Positions 1 through 25,800 of a stretch of DNA of 64,000 bases are shown piece by piece. Made by a program: the position numbers and the translations under genes. This stretch comes from Felis catus (taxonomy: Eukaryota): assembly GCF_018350175.1 (NCBI RefSeq), contig NC_058369.1, positions 8,620,001 through 8,684,000 of the forward strand, in the 5' to 3' direction. Below the pieces are notes generated by a model. It was not told the origin of the DNA. It saw nothing but the letters and a program-made list of their open reading frames with translations, and did not search any database. Each line of letters begins with the position of its first letter. The stretch's first letter is position 1.

Positions 1-183
1 CAGGCACCCCCCCATCCCCTGCAGACTCTCCCACCCCGAGTGCTCACCCTGTGGCTTCCGCAGGGATGCGGGGCCCGTGTGCCGTCGGTGGTCTGCCTGC
101 GCTGTCTCTCTCGGGGCCCCTCTCTCTCTCTTTCTCTCTCTCTCTGCTGCCCGGGGAGGGTGGGGAGGGCGGGCGGCGGTGGC

Positions 184-13560
<13,377 letters not shown>

Positions 13561-14926
13561 TCTTGTGTGCCCGGCGGGCGCGGTCCGTGTTGAGGGCGGC
13601 TCCGGGGGTCGTGCACTCCTTGGGGGGCGCTCGATGCTCACTCCGGGGTCCCGCCCGGGCGGCCTTTGGCGCGGCCGCTGCAGAGGTGTCGATGAAGGCG
13701 GCGGCTCCCTCGAGGGCCGGGGACGGGCCCGAGCCCGAGGACGCGCGCGCGGATAGCCGGGCCCCGGGGTGGCCTGCGGGCGGCAGGGGATGGAAAGAGG
13801 GAGCGGGCGCGGGATTGAGAACGCCCCCTGCGCGGCCCCGCGGGGCCCGGGGAGGTTGCGCTTCCTGACAGAGATCGCGGCGCTCTGCCTTTCGCCGCCG
13901 CCCCCCGGCCCGGCCTGTCCGGTCCTGGATGCTCAGTCCTCTCCCCTCGCCCGCCCTCCCTCCCACCCTCCAGCCCGCGCTGCGCGCTCCGCGCTCTGGG
14001 CCGCGCCGCCGCCGCCCCCAGCCCTTTATAGGAGCAGCTGCCAGAGCCGGCGTCGCTTATTGGCTGCGGTAGCTGAGCCCCGCCTCCTCGCGGCGCCCGA
14101 CGGCGCGGCAGGTGGAAGAGAGCGCGAGCTGGCTAAGACTCCGCACCCCCAGAAAGCACTCCCTGGGGGCTCTGGTTGCCATTTTCGGGCCCCTCTGCCC
14201 CCGTGGACCCTGCTTCCTGCATTTCCGCCCCTTCTTGGGCGGGCTTTCTGCCCGCAAGACAGGGAAGGCTCCCCTCCTCTGTCCAACGACCTGAGCTGTT
14301 GGAGCAAAGAGGGAGATCCGTGGACTGATTGTACGAACTTCCGGAGTTGCTGTCCATCAAGAAGACTGGAAAGGAACGAGGAACCAAGATTTCTATGAGC
14401 AGAGGCCCAGGTCCGCAGATTTTGGAGGCATCGGGTGTAGCCTCCCAAGACCAGTGGAGAAGGATGGGGGTGGCAGGGGCTCTCGTCTGCCTACAGAAGG
14501 AACTGTGACCCTGAGGCTTTTGAATGGGATAGGTTCAAAAGGTGGGTTCGAAAGGTGGGGACTGGCACTCCACAGCGCAAGGGCACTCGGTACTTCTCCA
14601 AAGCGGGTGAAAAAGTTTGGGGCTTAGGATTTCAGGCAAAACCCATTGGTGCCCTGTGTTTCCGGAAAACCACCGGGCCTTCTGAGACCCCATAAATTTT
14701 GGGTGGGCAGAGCTGTTGTGTAAATGTCCTGGCTTTTCGGGCTCGTGATTGGTCTGCCTGTGGGGTCACGCTTTCTTTCAGCTAGGGGGAACCTGGCTTC
14801 TCTCTCAGGCGACAGAAGTTGGTGCAGCCTCTTTTGGTGAGCGGGCTCAAGGGCACATTTACGTTGGGACGGCTATCAGGCGGGAGGAAGAGTCCTCACT
14901 AAGGCAGGGTCGCCTTCTACTGAGAC

Positions 14927-14947
14927 TTCAGCACCACAGACAGCGGC
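14927..14947 (+). promoter_or_regulatory. RE1/NRSE (REST-binding site)
   Basis: TTCAGCACCACAGACAGCGGC, 19/21 match to consensus TTCAGCACCACGGACAGCGCC. Confidence 0.8.
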
Positions 14948-15419
14948 CCGACGTTCTCTCCGAGAGCGCCGTGGGCTGGGTAGCCAGAGACCCCTAATCC
15001 GAGAGTCGCAGCCTCCACCCTAACCTCGTCCCTGCACGCCCTTTTAGGTTCCAGACTGTCGGAGAATGCCATCAAACTCAGCGAGAGAGCCTAATTTGAC
15101 CAATCAAGGCCTGCCCTCGAGAGAACCAATTGCAGGAGGATGCCCTCGAGATTGAACCAATGAGAGAGCGCGCAGCAGAGAGCACTGCCACGCTGATGGA
15201 GAGAACAGGCCAATCATCGCGGCCCGCGCAATCTGGGCGGTGGCGTTGCAGGTCCCCGGGTGGCCCCTCTTGAGTTTGCCGGGGCGACCTGGCTGTCGAA
15301 CCTAGGGACCCCGAGCGGTGGCTGGCTCCCCGCCTGGTGTCCCTCCCGGCTCCTGTCGGATTGCAAATTGTGCCTGTGCCGTGAGCGGAGCTACTCCTGG
15401 GCGCAAAGACCCGGTTGCG

Positions 15420-15433
15420 GTTTCCATGGAAAC
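15420..15433. promoter_or_regulatory. RFX X-box palindrome
   Basis: Perfect palindrome GTTTCCATGGAAAC. Confidence 0.7.
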
Positions 15434-15731
15434 TGCTGGCTCTGGCTGCAGCGAAGGGGACTGGGCCCTGGGGGACTTGGGGAGCTCGCGTGGGTGGCCC
15501 CAACGGCCGGACTTGCTCATCCTCGCCGATACCTCTGTCCCTGGTTAGAATAAACCCGGATCCAAAGTGTAAAATGAAGCCTAGCTGCGGCCCCGCCCCC
15601 ACGAGCTGGTGAGGCGCCTAAGGGGCCAATCTGCGCGTGGCGCCACAGGGCTCCCTCGGGCACGTGCTTTGGCTCGCGGCTGCGGTCCCCGGGGTCACGT
15701 GGCTGCGGCCACCAGGGCCCACGCAGCTTGC

Positions 15732-15747
15732 GCGCCACCTGGCGGCC
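15732..15747 (-). promoter_or_regulatory. CTCF motif
   Basis: Reverse complement GGCCGCCAGGTGGCGC matches the CTCF core. Confidence 0.65.
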
Positions 15748-16454
15748 GCCGGCCTGGTATCGCTCCCGCCTCTTGCTGGCAGCCAGCAGGAGGAGGCGGC
15801 GACCTCAGGCATCCTCCTCCGGGAAATGGGGCCAGGGCAGCCTCCCCGCCGCTGCCAGCTCCCCTCCCCAACGAGGCTTCCTGTTCCAGGAACACGCCGA
15901 GCCGTTCTACCTTGGGGCTTTGGCACTGGCTGTTCCTTCGGCCTGGGATTTGCCTCCTCCAGCTCTCTTCAGGGATGGAACCTCTTTGTCATTCTGGACT
16001 ATGCTCAAAGGCCACCATCTCAGGGAGGTCCTCTCTGACCACCGACTTAAACAGCGCCTCCAGAAACTAACATATCACCCTATCTCCTGCACGGCACTTG
16101 TCAACAGCTGTAGATGTCTTACATAGGTGTTTACTGAACATCTCCCCAACCGGTCCCTGAGCTCTCTGAGGGTGGGGAATTAGTATTCCATGAGGGATTA
16201 GGAGTGGGCATCAAGATCCTGAGTCCCAGGAGATGTCCGGTGGCCTCCTGTTTCCCAACCTCCCACCCTCTGACCCCGTGAGACGGAGTGTTCGGGGTTT
16301 CCAGGCCCAGATAGCCGAGGCAGTGCAGAGGCTGTCAGGAAAGGGGCATCACCGCCTGCCTTAGCCTCGCTCAGGAAGGGACCAGGTTGGAGACAGAGGG
16401 GCCCAGCTCCCCAAATCATCCAGGCCTAGGGGAAGGGCATCTCCTTTCTCGCTC

Positions 16455-16460
16455 TTTAAT
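16455..16460 (-). terminator. Probable ZNF653 polyadenylation signal (ATTAAA)
   Basis: ATTAAA on minus strand about 215 nt downstream of the stop. Confidence 0.6.
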
Positions 16461-16676
16461 GTCGCTCTGCTCTCTTGACACAGTTCTGGCAGTGCAACCC
16501 CAGGCGCCACCTCCAGAGATAGGGCGGGGTTGGAGGGGGCCCAGCCCCAGGGCAGAGCAGGGGCGCCTCCTTCCGGCCCGCGGTCCGGGAGGCCCCCGCG
16601 GCTGTCTGGGCCCCAGCAAGCCCAGGCGTGGTGTCCGAGTGGACGAATAAATAGGGGCGGTCAGTGGTTGGATGGG

Positions 16677-16854
16677 TCAGGCTGGCTTGTGGTCTGGGTG
16701 GCTTTTGAGCGTGTGGAACTTGACGCTGTCCAGCTTCTCGAAGCGCTTCCCGCAGCGCTCGCACGTGAAGTTGTACTGCACCTCGGCCGTGTGCTTCTTC
16801 ATGTGCCAGTTGAGCGACGCGCGCTGCCGGCACTGGTAGCCGCAGATCTCGCAC
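16677..16854 (-). CDS. ZNF653: ZNF653 exon 9 (ZF4-ZF5, stop)
   Basis: CEICGYQCRQRASLNWHMKKH...FTCERCGKRFEKLDSVKFHTLKSH; TGA 16677-16679. Confidence 0.94.
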
Positions 16855-19800
16855 CTGCCGGGGGGGCCGGGGCGAGCGACGCCGGGTCGGGGTCAGCCTG
16901 GGGCGGAGCCGCCTTTGGAGGCGGGCCCCAAGTTACGAGGACCGAGCCGGCCCCAGAAAGAGGAGGCGCCATCCGGGATGCGAGCGCACGTGGAACTGGG
17001 CAAGGCAACCCGAGGGGTGGACCCTCCCTCTGCCGGCCCGGGCCCAGACCCCCTCCCTCCCAGCGCCCTCGCAGGAAGCCCGTCACTCACTGCAGGGGCG
17101 TCTCCCCGGTGTGGGTGCGCCGGTGCACCTCCAGGTGGTTCTTCCTCTTGAAGGACTTGCCGCAGGTTTCGCAGGTGAACTCACGGACACCTGGGGGAGA
17201 GGCGGGGCTGAGCGCGCCGCCGTTGGGGGCGGGGGCTAAAGGGCGCCGCCCAAACCGGGTAGAGAGTGGTCTCCCGGAAGTAGGGGCGCGAGCGACCCAA
17301 ACCCCACAGCTTCTGAGAGCCAACGCTTGACTATAGAAACGAGGGCGGCTAATACGGAGGGCAGCTTACAGCCCAAGGTGATGCTTAGAATGTGCGGGGT
17401 AAGGCCACGGGCAGAGCTGGAAATGTGAACTCGACTCCCCGGGAGGCACCGTGTGCAAACTGCCAAGCCTAAGCGGGTCTGAACTTGACCCCAATATTTG
17501 AACTTTGGGGCGACTTCACATACAAATCCAAAGTTCCTGCCGCTCGAAAAATCTGAAGCCACGCCCTCCCACTGGACAGAGGCAACACAGCTCCGCACTG
17601 AGTCCGCAGCCCACACCGTGGGTGGCAGTCCTGTGCCTGGGGACTCCTGACCCCACCCTAAACCTGAGGCCCAGGACCCCATGCCCCGTGCTGCCAGCCC
17701 CGCCCCGGGCCTGACCTGAATGGATGATCATGTGCCGCCGCAGGTGGTTGGATAAATAGAACTTCTTGCCGCAGCCAGGGTGTGGACACACTTTGGTCTT
17801 CCCTTTCCGGTGCACAAGATTGACATGGTTCTGCAGGCAAGAGGGGTGGAGCGGGGCTGTGGGTGCCAGGGGCCACCTCCAGGGCTCCCCAGGGTGGGGA
17901 CAGAGAAGGGGAGCTGGGAGGCAGGCTGGGGCCAGCCCCCCTGGAGGAAGATGGGTGCCCCTGCCCTTGGGAGGGACTCCCAGCTCTGAGCAGGGACCCC
18001 GGGGCACAACTGGAATCTACTGCCACTTCACTGTGCACCTGCTGCAGCCAGGGCCTGGGCTGGGGCATCAGTCAGCCTTGTCATAACCCTGTGCTGGGGC
18101 CCCGCCCTTTGCCCACTTTGTGGATGGGGGATGAGGCTCCAGAGGCTTCCAGTTTGGCGTGGGTCTCACAGGTGGGCAGGGGAAGGGCTGGACTGGATTC
18201 CAGGGTGAACTCCCACAGTAGGCTTTGCCATGGAGCTATGCTGTCTCCACGGCCTGGAGCAGGCAGCCACCTCGCTCTCCCCGCCCCCCACCCCGAGTCA
18301 TTCATTCCTTTGTTCTTATTCTTTAACTCACCCCTGCAGCACCCCTGCAGCTCCAAGTGCCCGGCACCACCGGGCCTGGCACCTGGTGGGTGCTCAATAC
18401 ATGCTTAATGAAAACGAAACGCGGCAAATGCAAAGGGCCACTGGTGCCGCCTCCTGCCACCAGTGGGAACGTGACGAGACCCTGGCTCTGCCCTTGGGGC
18501 GTCCCGTCCAGGCTCCAGAGGACAAACTACAGGCGTGTCCTGGTGGTGCGGTCATCCGGGGCTCAAAGGCCCCACCCGCCCTGGGGGACTAGGGTGGGCT
18601 TCCTGGGGGAGGGGCATCCTGAGCCGAGAAGGTGGCCTGGGTAAAGGCAGGAGGAGTTGAGAGGCTGGTTGAGAAGGCAGGACAAGTCACTGGAGAGCAG
18701 GAGGGGAAGGCAGCGAGGTGACGCCTTGGTGCCCTGTGGCTGAGGCAGGGTCGGTGAGAAGCTGCTGAGAGACAGCCGCGTGGGAGGCAGGCCAGTGGCA
18801 CCTGGCGGGGCCAAGCGGCGCCCTCCACGAGCCACACTGCCCGGACGCCAGCACACAGGCGGCGGGAAACAGAAGCGGGCCCCGCTCGGCCAGCTCGGGT
18901 GGCGGCCTCACCTGGAAACTGCTGAGGGCCACATAGACCTGGCTGCAGCCCTCGTAGGGGCAGTGGAACATCTCTAGCAGGCCGTCGGCATCCATCACCC
19001 GAGTGCGCTTGCTCCGCCGCCTCCTGGAGGGGAAGGGGCCCATGGCATCAGGGCTCCCACGCCAGGCAGGCTGTGGGCCCGTCGGCTGCTCCTCGTCCCA
19101 GCCCCCAGCTGCCCGGGCACCCACTTCTCGGGCTCCTTGGGGATCTCATAGATGATGGCCGACATGTCACTGCCGTCCAGCTCCTCCCCGTCTGCCTCGG
19201 CTTCGGGCTCTGCGCTCTCAGGCGCTGCCGCCGCCAGCTCTGGGGCCACGGGCTCCTCCTTCTCCTCCTTCTTGAGCACATACAGGTCCTCCTTCTCTGC
19301 GGGGGGAGGTGGACACAGGGCGGGTGTCCGTGGAGGGCCTGCGTGGCGGAGGAGTGGGCTCCGGGGCCACTCCTCCCCACTCCCCCCACCTCCCAGAGGC
19401 CGCGGCAGCCCCCCTGGACCGGCGCGGCCCCCAGACCTTTCTTGGTCTCGATGCCTGCCACGGCGGCAGGGTCCATGGTGCTGGGCTGGCTGCCCTCGGG
19501 CTCCGTCTGGGTGTAGGCTGCTACGCCCTCCATCACGGCACAGGGCACTTCGTCCCCCAGGCCCCCGCCGGGGGCACCGCTGCCTGCTGCCACGTTGAGG
19601 TGGATGCCCTCGGCCGTGAGGGCGTCGTAGCCGGGGCCTGCGATGATGATCACCTGCGAGCCGGGCACCATGCCTGGCACGGGACAGCTGGCCACCACCT
19701 CGCCCAGCGCCTCCTGGGGCACGTTCTCAAAGAGGGTGCCGGGGCCCGGGCCCACTTGCACGGGCACCGGCACACACACCACCGTCTCCAGGGCTTCGGG

Positions 19801-22800
19801 CCCACCGCCCGCCGGGTTGGGGCACAGCGGGGCGCCCTGCTCCGCCAGGCTCTCCACGTGGTGGACGTCGAAGGGGATGTGCACGCCCTCCTGAGTGATG
19901 AGCCCGCTGCTGCCCGCCGGGCTGGAGGGGGTCACCGCCGCCGCCGCCACGGCCGCTCCCTTGGCCGGCGGGCCCTCGGGGGGCTCCTCCGAGTCAGAAC
20001 CGGAGCCGGAACTAGAAGGGTCGGAGCTGCTGGCCGCCAGGCCATTGCCCACTGTGGCGACAGAGGAAAGGAGACAGTCACGGTAGCAACAGTGGCAGCA
20101 GCAGAGGCGTATGCTGAGTGCTTACTACGGGCTGGGCACGGTCACCCCCTCAGTGCCACAAACATCGGTCACTTCTCAGTCCCCCCCCCCCCCCGCTCCC
20201 CCACCTCTGCTCCTCAGAGACACTCCCCTCCCTCGGCCTCCAGACCCGAATGCTGGCTTCCTGGCCCTCCCTGGGGGTTCCTGCTCAGCCTCTTCAGCTC
20301 CCGCAGGCCTGGGAGGTTCCGCGCTTCGCTCACCCCAGGGTGTCAGCCAGCCTGATGGTGTTAAAGTGCCCTCATCTTGACACCAACTCGTTTTGAGTTC
20401 TGACACTTATCTACCTGGAGAGAGTGTCGGATCCCACAGGCTAAGGGCTCAGGTCCCACAAGAGTGCTCGCCCCCACTGCAGACGCCGGCTGCAGGCCGA
20501 AGGCCATTGTAATTCTGGCCATAAATGGCGGGTTTCTACGACAGCCTCTTCGGGTTCGATAATTTGCTAGAACAATTCATAGAACTCAGGCAAGTGCTTT
20601 ACTTACTGACTACAGTTTTTTGGTTTTGGGGTTTTTTTTTTTCCTTTTTTTTTTTTTTTTTTTGAGAAAGAGAGTGTGTGCTTGAGCGGGGGAGGAGCAG
20701 AGGGCGAGGGAGAGAGAGAATCTTACTTCATGCTCAGTGCAGAACCCGATGCGGGGCTCCAACTCACTACCGTGAGATCATGACCTGAGCCGAAATCAAG
20801 AGTCGGACGCTTAACCGACTGAGCCGCCCAAGCACCCCAAGTGACGACTACACTTTTGTCATAAAAGATGCAACACAGCAAATAGTCAGATGGAAGAGAA
20901 GTGTAGGGTGAGGTGCAGGGGCTGCTGGGGTGGGAGCTATCATGCTCTCTCTGGACGCGCCACCCTCCTAGAACCTCAAGGTGTTTACCAACCCGCGAGC
21001 TCCCTGGATCTTGTTACTTAAGAGTTTTTGTAACCCAGTCTCCAGCCCCAGTCTGCTGCCTGGGAGTCAGGGGTGGGGCTGAGAGTCCCCCCTCTAATCA
21101 TGTGTTTGGTCTTTCTGGTGACCAGTCCCCATCCTGAAGCTCTCTAGGGGACCCTGCCTAAGTCACCTCATTAGCATAGACTCAGGAGTGATCCAAAGGG
21201 GCTCCTTATGAAAAGGGCTCTTCACAAACAATGAAAAATATTCCCATCACTCAGACAATTCCAAGGGCTGTAGGAGTTCTGTGCCAGGAACCGGGGACAA
21301 AGACCAAATACCTATTTTCATTATACTGCTGCCACCCATACCCCGATGCCTCCGTGTGGACAGCTGCCGCCTGGACCTCCTGTGGGGGCTGGGGGCTCTT
21401 CCATCCCGCCGCCTCCTCTGCTGCCCCCCAGTGTAGGTCATGTATTTAGGGACCCTAAGCAGTCTCCTGCCTCAGGGCCTTTGCATTTGCTCTTTGCTCT
21501 GCCTGAACACTCTTCTCTCAGACACCTGCGTGGGCTCCCTCTCCCCCACCTCCATCAGACCCTTTAAGAAAATGGTATTTATTCAGGAAGGCCTCTGACC
21601 ACCTTGTCTTAAATAGCACTTTTTTCTCTCCTTTATTTTCCCCCAAAATACCACCTTCCACCGTACTCCGGATTTTATTTTTTTAATTAAAAAAAATTTT
21701 TTTAACATCTATTTATTTTTGAGAGAGAAAGAGACGGTGCAAACAGGAGAGAAGGAGAGAGAGAGAGGGAGACACAGAATCGGAAGCAGGCTCCAGGCTC
21801 CGAGCTGTCAGCACAGAGTCCAATGTGGGGCTCAAACCCACAAGCCGTGAGATCGTGACCTGAGCCGAAGTCGGATGCTTAACCGACTGAGCCACCCAGG
21901 AACCTCCACTGTACTCTAGATTTTAAGGTCTATCTTGTTTACTGTCTGCTTCCCCTCTAGATCGTAAGCTCCATAACCACTGGGGTCCCTGTGCACAGGC
22001 CCCAGTGCCCAGAAGGCTGCCTAGCACACACCTGAGCACATGTTTGTAGAAATGAATGGATCTCAAACCGACACCGTGATGAAGGCCAAGGCGACCGACA
22101 TCTCACCCAGGTATTTTGTGCTAAAGCCCACACACAGGGAGACTGGGGACAGAAAAAGCCAATTGTTGGGACACCTGGGTGGCTCAGTCGGTTAAGCGTC
22201 CAACTCTTGGTTTCGGCTCAGGTCATGATCTCACGGCTTCATGGGTCAAGTTCGAGAGTCACGGGTCACGGCTTCGAGAGTTCGAGTCCCACATCAGGCT
22301 CTGTGCTGGCAGCATGGAGCCTGCTTGGGATTCTCTCGATTTCCCTCTCACTGCCCCTCCCCAACTCATGCTGTCTCTGTCTCTCTCAAAATAAGTAGAC
22401 TTAAAAAAAAAGAGAGAGAGAGAGAGAGCGAGAGAAAGAAAAAGTCAATAGCTGACCCTGATGTTCCACACTCCCGCAGAGTCGGGCACACTGTCCGGGG
22501 ACCACGTGTCCTACACTCCCAGGGGGTCAGATGGAGCACGCAGGCTCTGGAGCCAGACTTCGGGGGTGGGATCTTGGCGCCCACCCCTCCAGCTGTGTGG
22601 ATGTGGGGGCCTTATGGAACCTATGTGGGCCTGGGGATAACTCGGCACCTACTCCAGGGGCTGTTTGGGGTATTTAGTGAGTAAATATACGTAAAGGGCC
22701 TAGGACAGTACCAGGCTCAGAGTTAGCACCCTATCAATGTTTCTATTATCATTCTTATCATAACGCCCCATCCCGGACTCACGGCCCTGGGATAGCAGGG

Positions 22801-25800
22801 GTGGGGTAGGGGGATTGGCCCCTCCTTGTAACACCCTGTAATCTACAGGGTGAGCTGAGCTCCCTGGCCCCACCCTAAAGCAAGGGGCAGTCACCTAGTA
22901 AGTTGGGGGCTCGGCCAGGGTGTGTGCCTGGATCCCCAACTGCAGTGTCCAGCTGTGAAGGCCAGACTGGACCTCTCTCCACTTGACCGTGACCTTGGTC
23001 ACAGAAGTGGGTGTGCACCCCCTGGCTTCTCCAAGTCCTGCAGGAGGTCCTCTTACTGAGAAGTGGCAGGGCCACCCCAGGCAGGGAGCTGATAAGGGTG
23101 CTGCTGAGGGAACAGGGCTGGGAAAGGGACACAGCCCCCCTCCCTTCACAGCGCCCCCCTCCCCCGCAGCCATGGCAGACCCGGCCAAGGATCTCCACAC
23201 TCATTCCTGAGAGCCAGATCCACCAGCCACCGGTGTCAGAGTTGGGTGGGGGCGCAAGGGGGCTCCTCTGGGTGCCATCCCCGTCCCGGCGGACCCATCA
23301 CCAGGGAGGTCGGTCACATTAGTCCCAGGGCCTTGGTGTCCTCAACTGCCAAGTGGGGCTAACGAAGAGCCGTAGGGAGGACTGAGCGTGGTCGGGGGCG
23401 GGACCCGGAGCGGGGAGACGACGGCCGAGGGGCCGGCCGCGTGGCGGGGTCTGGCGGACGCACACGGGACAGCCGTTGGCCAGGGTGCCCACCTGGAACA
23501 CCTCTCGCCCACGGCTTCCCCTTGGCCAGCTGGGATGCCACCTGCTCCGAGATTCCTGCCAGCACGGGCTCAGCCCCGGTGACTGACCTCACCCTCCACC
23601 CTGGCAGGGCGCCTGGCGGTGAGCCCTGTGCTCCTGAGCCCGAGGCTGAAGCCGAGCTCGCGGCAGGCGGGCAGCTCCTCACCACCCACCAGGGCCAACT
23701 GGGCCTTCGTAACTGAGTCCCTCCCACTCCCACCGTCAGCTCAGGACGTGTGACCCACAGAGCATGGCAAGAGAGGGTCAGGGACAGTGAGAGACGCGCA
23801 GGGCAGTGCGGGGAGAAACAGATGGGGGGGGAAGGGAGTCGGGGAGACAGGGAGAGACGGGGGGGCAGGGAAAAGGCAGGAAACAGAAGGGAGAGGATGA
23901 AACAGAAAAGATGGGCAACAGAGGGAGGGGGAACGAGAGAGAGCTCAAGAGCCGAGAATGGGGAGGGAGGAGGAGAACCGGGCAGACAGGCGGCGAGAAG
24001 AGGCGGCTGGGAGGGACCGCCCAGGACCCAAAGCGAAAGGGCCACAGACAAAGAGGAGGAGGGAGAGGCCGGGCGAGCACCCAGGCCTGAGGCCCGGCAC
24101 CCACCCCTCCCTCCAGCCGCTGAGCCAGGTGTCCCGCACCCCAGCCAGGCCCTGCCTGCCACCGGCCTTGAGCACAGGTGGGCCAAGCCCTCGCAGGTGT
24201 CCCCTGGAAGACGGGGGCCGCCTCCCTGCTCCAGAAGGACAGAAAGAGTGCAGACCAGCCTGCCGGGGCCGGGCTCCGTCCCTGAAGCCGGCGCCCGTGC
24301 CTTTCTCGTCACTGTGAGGCTTCTAGTGCTGGCCTGAGGCTGACAAGACCCACGAGAGGGCCGGGGGTCCGGGGTGACCCCCCCATAAGGAGCCGTGGAG
24401 CCCTCACGCCCTGGAGGCCGGCGGGCGCCCCCCCCATCCCCCCCGGCCCCAGACCCACCTTTGTCGCTGTCGGCGTCTGAATCACTGAGAGGCTTCAGGG
24501 GCGAGTGCAGGTCTTGGAAGTAGCGGTGGCCGGCCTCGCACTGCCACACGGCTGTGGTGTACAGGCCGAAGGTGGGGTCCAGCTCGGCCAGGTGCGGCTC
24601 GTACGGGCAGCGGTGCTTGTGGTCCTCGTACCAGATCACCACGTTCTTCAGGCAGTTCACGTTGCGTCGCCTCCCTGCGCACGCGTGGCAGGGCCCCGGG
24701 GTCAGGGGTGGCGCTTGTCCCTCCGAGGGCCTCGGAACACCCCGGCCTCACGGCACCCGGTGGGGGCGGGGCTGAGACACCTTCCCGAGCCCTGTCCGGG
24801 CCCGTCCCCGGTTCACAGATGGAGAAACGGGCTCCGGGAGGTGCCACACACTGCTGATAACAGAGGCGGGCCAGGCCGTCCTCACTGAATAAGCGAAATC
24901 ACATAAACGATGGAGCCTGGCACGTAGTAGGTGCGCAGTAATTATTAGCTGCCTGTTGTTAACAGAATCATCCTCATCAGCGTCTTTGGCCTGGGTCAGC
25001 AGAGCCCCTCTGCCCTGGGCCCTGGTCTCCCTGCTCCCACATCTGTCTACTTCGCCCGCGGCGGACAGAAGGCCCCTGCTGCAAGCACTTGGAGTCAGGC
25101 CATGCCCCTCCTCTGCCCAGAACCCACCAGGGCTCCCCCTGGCTGGGGGTAAAAGCCAAAGTCCTCCCCCGACCCGCCAGGCCCCGAATGTTCTGCCCCA
25201 TCGCCTCCCGTCCTTCCCCTTGATCACTTTATTCCAGCCTCATGGCCTCCTCCCTGTTCCTGAAACGAGCAGGGTACGGTCCTGCCTCAGGGCCTTTGCA
25301 CAGACTGTGTCTTCTTCTTCCAGATAACTGCCTTGCCCTCCCCCTCTCAGGTCTTTCCCTCGGTCTGCCACCCCTTCCCCACTGTCCTTCCAGCTGACCT
25401 GACTTGCTGCCCTTTCTCTCCAGGTAGCACCTAGATACCGTCTGTGGTTATCTGTTTCCGTGTTTCTGTCTTCCCTAATAGAATGTCAGCTCCCCAAGGG
25501 CAGGGACGCTATCTGTGTTGTTCCTCCTGTATCCCCAATGCCTACGTAGGGCCTGGTACATAGTAGATGCTCAGCAAATGTTTGCTGGATGAGTAAATGC
25601 TTCAAGGAGGTGGGCCCAGGGGGAGCTAGACCGTGCGATTCAAATCCTGACTGCCACATCATAGCTAGGTGGCTCCAGGCAAGTGACTTGGCTTCTCTGA
25701 CCCTCACCTCCCCTTTCTGGGTCAGGGAGAATAATGGTCCCCATTTCTCGAGGGCTGCCAGAGAGGAGGGAGTGAAGACGTCGGCAGGGCACAGAACAGG

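Noticed and set aside
19309..20355. 348-aa plus-strand ORF (also 16530-17330 and 39074-39625)
   Set aside because: Antisense shadows of GC3-rich coding exons
23359..24660. 433-aa minus-strand ORF
   Set aside because: The first 67 or so codons are ZNF653 exon 3; the rest is read-through into GC-rich, low-complexity intron
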